Assembly: GCA_030141605.1 (NCBI GenBank)
Contig: JAQGDQ010000357.1
Location: forward strand, 1-64,000
DNA: 64,000 bases
Source of the DNA: Tubiluchus corallicola
Taxonomy: Eukaryota; Animalia; Priapulida
Reading direction: 5' to 3'
Position numbers and translations under genes: made by a program. Below, in pieces: positions 52,701-64,000 of this stretch; position 1 is the stretch's first letter; every line of letters starts with the position of its first letter. The notes under the pieces are model-generated. The model did not search any database. It worked only from the letters and a program-made list of their open reading frames with translations, and was not told where the DNA came from.

Positions 52701-55700
52701 TTTGTTTTCCTTAGTTAAATCATCCGCTTTCTTCGACTCCTCCTCAAGCTGAAAAACGGTGAAGATACAAGTTAAAAAAAATGGTTACAAATCTCCAAAA
52801 AATTCACTCGTAATCCTATTCGCAGTAGTACATAAATTAATAACACAAGACTAAAAGAAAATTACAGGCCAAAATTTATTTAGAGTCGTCATGAATCTCC
52901 AGTAGTAAAAGTTCATTTCGGAGACATGTTATAGTTGTTTAATATAATGCAATATGAACATTTCTCACAAAAATAAAACTATACATGCATATTATAATTA
53001 TATCGTCAAATTCTACTATTAAATTTTAAAATACAGACAGCAAAACACTTTTGTTGCTTGCGAGTCGAATTCTAACTGGTAAGGAGTTATGATATACACA
53101 ATCAGTGAATTAGTGGAAACAGACTAATAAGCTTTTTCAAGACCTAATGTAGCATAATCCATATAATGTACTCAACCTACTTAGTTGGTGTGCCGTTATT
53201 ACAGTTACTGTTGATTTAAGTGTGCTTTTTAAGCCATCACAAATAAGTATTTATGTTAACAGAAGTATTTTATGTTAACTTCTACACAGCAGAGCACACT
53301 GCCATTTTTTTATACAAGCTTGATTGTCCTCGTGTTTAAATCTGAACAAACGATCATTTCTTCAACTCAACCAGGTTTCGAACAAACCAAATAAACTCAA
53401 CCAAATTAAGCCAGTCAAATCAAAGCATCTGTTGCCATCTTACCTCTTTGCTCACACTCTCCACTTTTGCCTGTAAATCTTCATTTGAAATCTCGCTTTC
53501 TTCCAAGCGATTTCTGATACTCGTCAATTCTTCAACTAATGAGCTAGATGATTTCTTCTTTGTTGTCAATTCAGATTTCAAGCACTTCAGCTATGCAAAA
53601 AATATGATGCCATAATAACAAACATGTCTTCTTACCTTGCCATAAACCTACAAGGCAATAAGTGTGTCTTACTGCAAATCAAATTACTTCATAGTTACTG
53701 TTGCTGTTTACTTACTTCTTTCTCAAGTTCTTTCAGTTTTTTGTTCTTTGTCTGCAAGTCCTCCTTCAAACTACTCTGCTTACTCGTCAGTTTTGAAATT
53801 TCTCTCTCTTTTGCCTCAATAATTGATTCCAGTTTGTTATTCTGAAATAATGACCCAGATGTAAGAAACACAAAAAGTCAAAACATAAAAATCATTAATA
53901 GAAAAGACATCACTGTAGGGATATAAAGAAGTGCACACCAATTAATGTGTATTTGAAAAATTTACTTTCTAAAACATCACAACATTAGCAAAACAAGTCT
54001 ATTACATTACTGTAAGTGGCAAATTGCAGATATTGCAGTTTGCTGTCTGTGGCTTCCATGGGGAGCATAATCGGTTCATAGGGAGCATGTTGGGTTAACG
54101 AAAAATAACGGGAAGAACAGCTCCCTTCTTGACAGCATCTCTTTTCATGTCTGTATATTTCAGATAAAGAATCATTCTTATTTTTGTTATTTGTTTTCTA
54201 TTTTACTATACATTTTACGTCTATTATTATACTATGGTTTATTTAGTACAATTTAAAGCACTTTGTATCAGCAAAGCAACTAACATACCGTTTGTTTTGT
54301 TTCTTTCATAGCAGTCACCGACTCGGTATTTTTCTGTTCAAGCTGCAAACTGAACTCTTCATTTAAACTTCTAAAATGTCAAAAAACTGAGTGAGATGCA
54401 AAAAAGTAAAAACTCCAGAATATGGAAAACCTTTGCAGTACAAGTTTTGCAGAACTTATATTATAATCAGATCTTGAATATTATTCCTTGTAGCTAAAAA
54501 CTAAATGTTATAGCTTATCTAATAATATGTTATTAGGTAACAGCTATAATAGCTTGACAGCTTACTTGTTGCCGTACGTTTCGAAAACTCATTTGATTTT
54601 TTTAAACGGCAGCTTAAAACACATTTGTTTAGATTTTGCTTTTTACAGTATATTAATTTTAGTTATTTTGTAGGTATTTTAATTTTTAGTGTTTCTTGTG
54701 AATTTTAAATTTACATTACTGTTGAGCATACTGATATTCTAAGTAATATAGCACAGTATACACAGGCTATTTTAAGTCAAATAGACAGGTGTGTTCAAAT
54801 TGGGCCTGCGCAGATGCTTGAGCAGGGGATGGTATGATGAATTACTGAGTGTCTAGTGTGCACGAGTTTCTTGATCCAGTGAAGGCAGTGAAACTATTCA
54901 GTCTGTCCTCATGTATCCAATTATTCATGTTTCATGCTTTTTTGCTGATCATTTGTTTATTTGTTTTGTAATTTCAGTTTATCGTCATTATTTACCTTTT
55001 TAAAAAAGGTCAAACCCTCAACACAGATTAAAATATACCTACAGTCAACTGTTTCACAAGAGAGACTAAATAATTTAGCGCTGCTATCTGTAGAAAACAA
55101 TTATACGTTACAAAACAATTGACTTTGATGTCAAAGGTGAAGCCTCAAGCTCTAAACACTTTTTGGCTGAGAATGGGGTACCACACAAAGCATATAACAT
55201 CAATTTTCAGCTTTTGTAGGGTTAAGGGTTCCACTAACAATTTTTTAATTGAGCCCCGCACTTCCTAGCACCGGCCGTGGGTATACAAATACATTAAACA
55301 TTACGTTGCGCAATGTGCATACCTCAATTCCCTACATTCATCTTCGCAAGTATCCAACTCTTCTCTCAACTTTTTCAAAGAGTCATTGCAATTCTTAAAA
55401 AAAATTCACATTAGCTGATGCAGACAAATGATTATTAGATAAACAAATTATATATTTTTTAATGTAATCATTGATAGAATTTATAATCATTAAGTTAACA
55501 GCAAAAATCTGAGCTTAGAATCCAAAAGAGCATTCAGAAAGTTAATTCTGGTCATTTGTGAACATGAAATGAAAATCGTCTATCCTGTCAAGGCTGCCAT
55601 CAAGTTCTTACAATAAGTTGAAATTACATCTGAAGTGTAACTTACAGATCTAAAACGTATTACGAGTCAAACCATTGAACAAAACAAGAAAATGTAATAC

Positions 55701-58700
55701 TGGATATAAGCTAGCTAGTATTTCTTCTAACAAACTGTTAATAAACATCTAAAATGTACAAGACATTATTCCACCATCCAGTGTACGAAACTTGCTGTTT
55801 GGTACTAATTTTTCATAGATTCATTAATAATAATCATCATTAATCTTTCAAAAATTAATCAGGAAAATGCTCAAATGTTAGGAAAATATTTTAGGTATTT
55901 ATAGATAATAATCTGGTGCCAAATGAAAATGATGAAATTACAAAAGTTGTCAGATAAGTATAAAAGTTATGCTTCATCAGATGTACAAACAAGTGCCAGA
56001 TGTTAGTAAAGACAATAAGGCAACACATTTTATTTTAATTAGCGTGTACTGCATGGCAAAAGAGAAAAACGTACTTTCTCCATAACCATACCTCTAGATC
56101 GTTATTTGTTTTTGCAAGATCATTTCTGTACTTTGTAACATGTTCTTCTAGAGCTTGCTTTTCCTTTTTAAGTTCTCTGAGCTTCTTGGTCATGTCTGCA
56201 AACTCATCCCTGCAACACAGCAAACAACTAGAAAAGGTGGAAAATGGGAAACAAGAGGCACATGGTTCAAATTGTCTTATAGTAAATTTTTCACATTCTT
56301 TCTTGCTCATTACATTAACTTAATTTAGTTAGTTGATTAAACTCAGAAGTAATTAATTTATATGTCTGAACTTAACAAAAATAATTTTCATAAAAGAAAG
56401 AATGTATTTGCAAGTGAAATATCATACAAACCCTCCTGATTTTAGCTGCAGGTTCAAGGATTCTATTTCACACTTAATCGTATCTTCTCGTTGTACAGCC
56501 TCCACCAGAGCTGATCTCAGATGTGCAGCTTCATTCTAAAAAAAGAACAAACTAATGCTTTTGTAAACAACTTAGCATTTACTAGCACACCAGTTAAATA
56601 CCTCAGTATACAATAGTTAATTAGCGAAAGTTATAAACAGTTGAAACTACAGTTCAATTACTAGTTGTAGATGTTAATATAAGTGCAAAACTCCAGTAAA
56701 TATCATATCACGCTACCTTACTCGGAGGTACAGCAACATTTCCAGATGTTACAGCAATAATATTACATACACTCATGGTCACTTGGTCAGCAGATAAAAG
56801 TTTAATCAGACACACTATATAGAGCACTAAAACAGTACGTGAGCCAAAATAATGAAATTAAAATGCAGCAGTTAGAAAATAAAATGTAAGTAATACTATC
56901 CCCCAAATATACGTTCAACACAATCCTCAATTTCCATTAATTACAGTAAGCATTTTTCAAATTCACTAATCACATTCCAATTCTCGGAAATAAATTTGCC
57001 GCTAAGGAATGTCAGTCTGATTAAAAAAACAATCACTAAATAACCGTGGAGAATATGTTTGCAAAATTCAGAAGTATTTATTCAACTATAATCTGTGAGC
57101 TTACAATAACAATCAATAGATGTTTCGGCAAACCATCTTGACTTAAAGCAAAGCCGGACCCGATCTTAAACTGTAGGTCAAAACAATCTACTCTTTAAAA
57201 TATTGAAAGGAAACATACTATGTGTTTCAAAAGTGACTTACGCGAAAGAATTATTACCACACAAACCTAATTTTGCATTCGTGCCACCAGTTCTTCGCTG
57301 TTACATGCATTTTGCTATTCGCTAGTTAGACGGGCACTAGCGGCTGCATTTTGGAAACACGCTACACAAAAAACAGGAGCTGTACTTCTCAGTTCAGATG
57401 TGTTAGTCTGTCACAAACTACACCCGTTCGACAGCTCATGCGTGGCCGCGGTAAATTTGAAATTTGAATTTTTATATTAGAACTTGCCTGGTTTTAATAC
57501 AACACACTTAATATTTTACAGTAGCACTGTATTTCAATTTTCGCTTTTGCAAACACGTGCAACATGCTCTTAGAATATTTTTGCTGTTGAAAATTATCTT
57601 AGTTTATGATGTAATCAATAGTTGGCTTGGCCGCCGTTAATTAAATTTTTAATCTATAATTTAAAGCTTTTGCAGCTTTTACATTGTGTTAAAATGTATA
57701 GTTTTTATCGAATTTGAAAATGTTTATGAAAAGTCATTCTGTCTTCCTTAAGTTGTGGTTGTTTTAATTGTTATTTTTCCTTCCTGTTTCCACTTAAAGG
57801 TTTAAGGCAAGACCAAATACATATCCGTACTTCTCGTTTTTCAAGCTCTGAAGATGCATGCTTATATTCAGCATCCAGTCTCTGTTTGTCCTCGTTAGCT
57901 GCTGTAAGTGAAGCGTTTGCTTCAACCAAATCAACCTATGCAACAGATGATGACAAGGCAACAGAAATTTAATTACAATATCAGATTATTATGATCACAG
58001 CATGCATGATGTATCAAAGTTCATAGAAACAATGATAAAAATAAATAAAACAGATATTTTTAAACTAAAACATGAAACAAATATTAGGATATAGGATTTA
58101 CCTTAAAGCAATAATGCCAAAGTTATCATAATGTTTTTTCATTATTTCATTCATTATCAAAATAATATAATGTGTATATGTATATGCATGAGTACGTATT
58201 TTTGTATATACACGTGTGTGTGTGCGCGTGCATGCGTGTGTGTGGGTGTGCGTGCAGCTATATATGTAAATGCATGAATACATATTGGTGCCACTACTCC
58301 TCATCTAAATTACATAATTACCAGCAGGTAAATATAATATGTTAAAAGATTTGACGGCACATGATCATTCTGGTAGCAAAAATTCTTATCACACTTAATA
58401 TTGTTAACATTATTATTATTATTACTGTCACTATTATTATTATTATTGCATGGTAACAATACTAGGCATGCAAATACTAGCTGGGTTCATTGAGTTAATT
58501 TGCAAGACTATATCAGAATATTTCCATTTCATCGAATTAACTTAAGTTATAATTATATTCTGATTTGCTTTTTCTTTTATTTTGGTTTTGCTCATATTTT
58601 TGTTTCTAACTATACGTTACTGTAACATATGGTTTCAGTTTATTTTTGTTTTTTATTTTGGTTTATTTAATTATTTTATATTGCATGGTTAATTGAAACT

Positions 58701-61700
58701 ACATTTCATGCAACTGTATTTCTAATAATTATATTATGTTGCTTTACTTTGCTCATTTTGCTCGCCACAAACTTCAAAATATCTGTAATTATTTAATCTT
58801 ATTTGCACAAAATTAATTATTGTCTCCTCATACAATATTAAATTCACAACTAACAGCAGCACAAATAATTGACATAACATATTCGTATTATTAAATTAAA
58901 AAGCTGTGGCATCTAAAATAAGATATTTATATGGGGGTGGTTGCTCAATCACCCTGGTCCCTCGCCACCCCGTCTCTATTTTTGTTAATATAATTTACTT
59001 ATTTTAATTTCATACACTTTGTAACCCATTGACAGAGACAAATAAAAAGGTTTTGAATTTTGTTAATTTTATCTTCCACTTTTCTATATCTATATCACAG
59101 AGTGCAAACAAATACTTTTAGCACAAAGTGTAAACGGATAGAATACAAGAATACTGCTAAAATTTTCCATATGGCTTACTTGAACAAGCTTTAATTTTTC
59201 GTCTGATTCAGTGGCTGCTGTCTGCCAATCAGTTTTCTCTATGATGAGTTTGTTGTGATCCTCAACTAAAGCTGTATGCTTTTCTTTCAGACAAACCTGG
59301 ATGATTAATAAAACAGAAAAACACGCAAGGTAAGGAAGCCATCAAGAAAGTGGTAAACAGAAAACCATTCATTTGTATATTAAAACACTGTTTATGGTCA
59401 TACTCACATCATGAATAACACAACAAAAATAAATTCCACACAAAGAATGTTTTTATCTATCGAGGATATGCAAAAAATGCATCATCTGCCTTTATGAACA
59501 ACAAAGCTTACAAATGTACACAGTCTATGTCCTGAAGGTATAACACAACATGAGCAAGCGCATGGGTGCCGCCAGAGAATAAAAACTTGGCGCACAGGCA
59601 GCGGGAGGGTCTGGGGGAGCATTATAAGTTCAATTTATTTACTATTAAGATTATCTATTCAGCAAAAATTTAATAGTCAAACATAAAACTGATTTGAGAC
59701 TGTTAAGTTTACAGCCCATCCACTGTTCATGCAAAATTTAATAAGTTTGCGTGCGTGCTAATTTTTTGCACAGCTAAACGGCAGGACATCTCGGCCACAC
59801 ATGCATGTTAGACCACTTTGCGGTTGTTAGAAGCCATTTCGTCAGGTTTCCTCAGGCAAGTTCACTAGTTTAAAACTCATTATTGGGCAAACAAGCAAGG
59901 ATTGAAGTGTCTCTTGGTTTACTGCTAAAAAAATTATTTAGCCATAAAAAAATTTAATTTAAGAAATTTTGTGGACGTACATGCGTCAGTGCATCCGCCT
60001 GCTGGTGCCCGTGCATAAGCGTTGGATGGCAAAATTAACATTAATCATTTCTAATCTGCAGTCGTAGACCATGAAAATTCTAGTAGTAGGATCTTAGGCT
60101 CAAATCCGACTCCTACAAATTTGCTTTTCAACAACTGCTTTTTTTCAAACAATTAGCCATCTGACTTAATGTTAACTATTAGGTTAACTGTTATCTCACA
60201 TTAGTTGTTAGATTAATTCATTTACTACAGTAAAGATCCATGATCTATTATATTTATCACTTAACTTAAAATTTGAACTTAGTAGACTTTGTTATTTTTA
60301 CAAAGAGCCTTTTTTTAATTAATTAGAAATTCAATATGAATGTAAAATATTGGCATTTGGGCTGATTTCTAGTAATTTTAATGTACATGTATTATGATTT
60401 TAGCTTTATCTATAATAGTCAATTGTATATGTACTATCTATGTGTTAGGATTTATGTATATAAAGTACATTTGTCCATTTTAATGTTAATGCATTTTAAA
60501 TATCCAATAAATTATTATTATCATTATTATTAATGCACACCAGTTCTTGCTGAGTATCCTCTAGTTTTCCAGTCATCTCCCCCTTCTCCAGTAGAAGTTT
60601 ATCTACATAAAAAACAAAATAACTGATTAATATATGTAAAGAAACAACTTGTATGCATGCTTACATCATCACAAACGCATAACCGATGATGATTACTGAC
60701 CTTTAGATGATTTTAGATCTTGTATTGTTCGGTTCGCTTCTTTTAGAGTGCTCTGTAAGTCTATAACACTAACAAAAAAGTGGTGTTAAATACAGGACAA
60801 AATATTCGTTCACCGTTCAGTCCTGCAATATTTTACCCCAAAAACATTTTTTTCAAACAAAACACTACCCATTTAAGTGCTCATGCAGTACCTACATCTT
60901 TTTCTCATCAGCTACTTTAACTTCCATTTCGCCCAAAGATTTGCGCAGTTCAGAAATTATTTCGTTTGACTGTTTTAGCTGACTCTGCAATTCTTTTTCT
61001 TCCTTTGTTAAATCTGCAATTGTATTTTTGTTCGTCTCAAGTTCATTTTCAAGCTGGTTTATAACATCCTGGAAAAAACACCTCAAATTAAAAGCACAAT
61101 AATTTTTTACAGTTCGGCACAGTGTAAGGCACAATACAGCACTCTCTGGCAGAGTCTATTACGAATGTTGAATGCTTGCAGTGGGACTGGAATCTAGCTT
61201 CCTAGCTTTGCAATACAATGATATCGCTGAAGTGTCTTAACTCCATGTTTACATTCTAAGAGATACCCGAAAATAGTATGAAACCACATACACAGTTTTT
61301 CCAAAAGCCACACTGCTAACCAGACCCAGCACAGCTTAACATTCTAACAATGACTATTCAGCTACACTATTCAGTTAACCTCATTCAAAATTATTATTCT
61401 GTTATTAGTTTACACAAATGCTACATTTAAAATCTTAAGAAAATATTAAGAACAGTCAAAGGAAGGCTGCTGCATTAGCATCACTCATTTTTTCTAACTG
61501 CATCCACAACAAATCAGAAATATATATTACAAATGCAAATCAGAGAGTATTTTTGTTGATTCACAATGCTTGAATCCCAATTTTCTGTGTTCTGGCAAGC
61601 ACAATCTTCTGTTCACTGTTTGAATAAAACCATTTCGTCATCAAAAAAATTCCACTGGTCAAAACAACACTTACTGCTGAGAAATTATTTCAACTTTGCA

Positions 61701-63767
61701 TACACAAAATAAAAAAAATCCGAGCAAATGACCTTTGACTGTTATATTTCAGTAATGCTGCTTCTTCATAGGAATATACCCAAACAAAATTTTGTTTAAA
61801 CCAAATGAACAGTAGTGAAGTTATTGCAGCTTCAGAAGAATACCACAAAAACAACAAAGCAAAATGAACAAAGTATTTCATGCCATACCAGTGCAATAGT
61901 GATTAGTCAATATTATTTGTAATTATAAATAAAATAGGATTTTTTTGCACATAAGTGTTTTTACAAGTAGCAAGCATTCGCTCATTACAAAAACACATAC
62001 AAAACATCTTATTATATGATTTTTCAACCACCCTGACAGAAAAAAAACTTTCACAGCAACATGTCATGAAATTCTCTTGATAAAAACAAACCTGTAGTTC
62101 TGATAACTTTAAATTCAATTCTGTTTCCACAGTCTCACTCTTCTCCAAGGAATCATCCGATGATTTCAGTTTATTCGTGAGCTCATCTAAATTTTTAAAA
62201 CTAGAACTGTTAACTGTGATTAGTAGTATAGCTTACGAAATAAATATAAAGAGGCTAAAAAGAAATCGTAAGCTGGCTCTACTGATCAACTTAGTTGACC
62301 TTTATTCTCAGCCGCATTATATATATACATATTCCAGTTCCAACCAAACTTGTTCAGCTGGTGGGATCTGAGCTCTAGATGCGCGGCAAAAAATTGGTGA
62401 ACAGCAATTGAAAGGGTTGAAAAATTCTAAAATTGGTACTTTTCTTATTTCAAAACCTATCTCGTCCAAAATGATGGGGTAGTGAAGACAAAATGCGGTG
62501 CTGGGGTGCATCAGATAATTGTGTAAAAATGTCGAAGCAAGAGTTTGGAATTTCTGTCAGTCTGTCCTCTGTCTGAGGCACCGAACCACTATCAGCCATG
62601 CGGCTTGTTTTACTATTACTATTATTGTATATATTAATGTTAATTTATTATTAAATCTATATGACACACAAAGCTAAATTAACAATTTCATCTACCACAT
62701 GACACAGTAGAAATGTTTTCCTTTATTTACTGAATGTGTTAAGGATGAAGCATTAAAATTTCTAAAAAATGTACATACCGATTTCTTTTTGAAGAGATTT
62801 AGCTAGCTCCTCACTTGTTCCCAAGTTGTCTGTTAGCGAATCAATAAGCACACTTTTCTTATCCACTTCTTCGCTCGTTTGCTTCAGCTAAACAAATAGA
62901 AAATCGAAACATCATTTTCATGACATAACTTTTATAAAAAATCATACATGTTAACAGTACCTTTCTCAGTTCAGTTAACTGAAAAAAATATAGCCGTTTG
63001 TACCTTTAATTCTACTTCGCATACTTGTGACTCATAATGCTGCTTTTGTTCCATATTAGCATCTCGTTCAGTCATCACTAAAATTATACATAGGTTATTA
63101 AATAATTTAAGTATAATTAATTAATCAATGGAAACCACTAGATCATGAGCAAAAGAATCAATTAGTGAAAAATAAGAAGACGCAATAAATTATAATATTA
63201 ATTGTCATAATAATGATAAGCAAAATTAAATTGAACAAAAGCATGCAGCCAGTACATGATGATTCACATAGCCGAACCATGAACTTACACTTTCTTTCAG
63301 CTTCCTGAATTTTTTCCTGATGTGTAACTGTAAGTTTCTCAAACTGCTGAGAGAGCTCCTGGAAAAACAGAAATAAAATCAGAGAAAAGAGAAACAGTAG
63401 ACAAGAAAGCTAAATAAACGACGATTTGATCACTAAGATTAGGGATTAAACCAGATACTCACAGACAAGTTTGCAATAAACAGAAATTTATTTTTAAGTT
63501 TAATAAAAAAAACATTTAAGCAACAAAACTCATAAGACACTGAATTTATAAAAGAAAGCCAAGCATATTTTTTAAAGCCAAGCTAGCGTCGCTAACTGCA
63601 CAATTGTTGTTGAAGATAACAGTAACTCCAACTACAAAAATGCTACAAACAGATGTGACACCACAACAGACTTTAAATCAAAGAAATTATCTATTATAAT
63701 TATGGTACCTCAAATTGTTTTAGTCTCTCATTGTCTGCAACCTTTAACTGGTCTTTGTCCTCTTCAC
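43738..63767 (-). CDS. SYCP1: Large coiled-coil protein, probably synaptonemal complex protein 1 (SYCP1-like), 5'-truncated by the window edge, ~900 codons visible. Exons: 63709-63767, 63289-63358, 63004-63077, 62779-62887, 62092-62186, 60896-61068, 60701-60768, 60541-60602, 59180-59296, 57831-57935, 56432-56535, 56092-56209, 55323-55393, 54289-54370, 53716-53841, 53444-53590, 52638-52748, 50700-50792, 50231-50305, 48844-49161, 46784-46921, 45502-45651, 44953-45030, 43738-43905
   Basis: 24 GT-AG exons join in consistent phase. A long E/K/L heptad region is followed by a basic S/T-P-rich tail ([16 protein letters not shown]), GILRR...KRRKVAF, RKFFKS and terminal [16 protein letters not shown]. 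This architecture and these tail motifs are what I recall for invertebrate SYCP1-like proteins. The exon structure is well supported; the orthology call is less certain. Confidence 0.68.
45310..45478 (-). mobile_element. tRNA-derived SINE (body resembles the Meta-domain core) in a SYCP1-like intron
   Basis: Minus strand GGTGGCGTAGCTCAA (A-box-like)...GGTTCAACTCC (B-box), followed by CCGAGTCGTACCAAAGACTTGAAAATGTTACC, which resembles the GTCATACCAAAGACTTTAAAAATGGTAC core I recall from MetaSINEs. Confidence 0.65.
47251..47629. mobile_element. Foldback MITE with ~110-bp imperfect TIRs and TTAA target-site duplication
   Basis: 47251-47361 (gtgcagatgatcattt...tatgacactgcaataccaaggcacaaaatat) is the near reverse complement of 47514-47629. 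TTAA at 47247-47250 and 47630-47633. Confidence 0.8.
47764..48110. mobile_element. Second Tigger/pogo-like MITE copy (degenerate right end)
   Basis: TA|CTGTCAAGCCTCGTTATAATGCC left end closely matches the 18029 element; ggcattataat and acgagattcg near 48072-48105. Confidence 0.5.
49280..50205 (+). mobile_element. 5'-truncated CR1/L2-type LINE with disabled RT, antisense within a SYCP1-like intron
   Basis: [74 protein letters not shown]; stop and frameshifts; AATAAA plus a short repeat tail near 50190. Confidence 0.9.
51255..51740. repeat. CA-rich low-complexity region containing ~4 copies of a 37-bp unit (catcacaccatccacagcacactcatcacacccacca)
   Basis: Direct reading of 51532-51680; explains the spurious His/Thr-rich ORFs. 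Confidence 0.9.
57147..57751 (+). mobile_element. Kolobok-like non-autonomous DNA transposon, copy 2 (SYCP1-like intron)
   Basis: Colinear with 38307-38845; TTAA at 57143-57146 and 57748-57751. Confidence 0.7.
59561..60012. mobile_element. Possible hAT-like MITE
   Basis: CATGGGTGCC...GGTGCCCGTG imperfect TIRs with GC-rich subtermini. Confidence 0.35.
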
Positions 63768-64000
63768 CTAAAACAGAAATTGAAACAAAAATCAAATATT
63801 ATACCATATTAAATTATGCATTTTTGAAGTGCTGATAACACTAAGGTTTCTAATCTCTAATCATAAACTAGTTTGGAGATTATTAAATTTTGTTTATATT
63901 TGTATGTTTTCAATACTTTTTATAAATGTTTTTCAATTATATGCTTTATTGTCTGATAAAACATTTTGCTGCTAAATTTAAATTTAATTTAAACACAATT

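Overview
AT-rich, intron-rich eukaryotic DNA, most likely from an invertebrate animal. There are no prokaryotic operons, CRISPR arrays or intact rRNA/tRNA genes. Gene models were spliced by hand using GT-AG boundaries and frame continuity. They are: a 2-exon secreted, possibly GPI-anchored LRR protein (+, 6595-8911); an orphan 163-aa ORF (-, 10714-11205); a disabled Cys-rich secreted-peptide-like reading frame with in-frame TGAs (+, ~12644-13238); RPL36A/eL42 (-, 5 exons), head-to-head with ACTR6/ARP6 (+, 12 exons) with only 117 bp between the ATGs; a single-coding-exon Tre1/Moody/GPR84-like class A GPCR nested antisense in the 9.6-kb intron 8 of ARP6; and a large coiled-coil gene resembling invertebrate SYCP1 (-, 24 exons seen, 5' end beyond the window), convergent with ARP6. 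Introns and intergenic DNA hold a solo LTR inserted in a (TA)n tract, LINE RT fragments, tRNA- and 5S-derived SINE remnants, several MITE/foldback elements and mini/microsatellites. One minisatellite is an array of Su(H)/CSL consensus sites. I cannot demonstrate a new biological system from sequence alone. The best leads are the SYCP1-like tail with PP1 docking motifs, the nested GPCR, the RPL36A/ARP6 bidirectional promoter and the TGA-interrupted Cys-rich peptide locus. Family assignments come from remembered motifs, not database searches.
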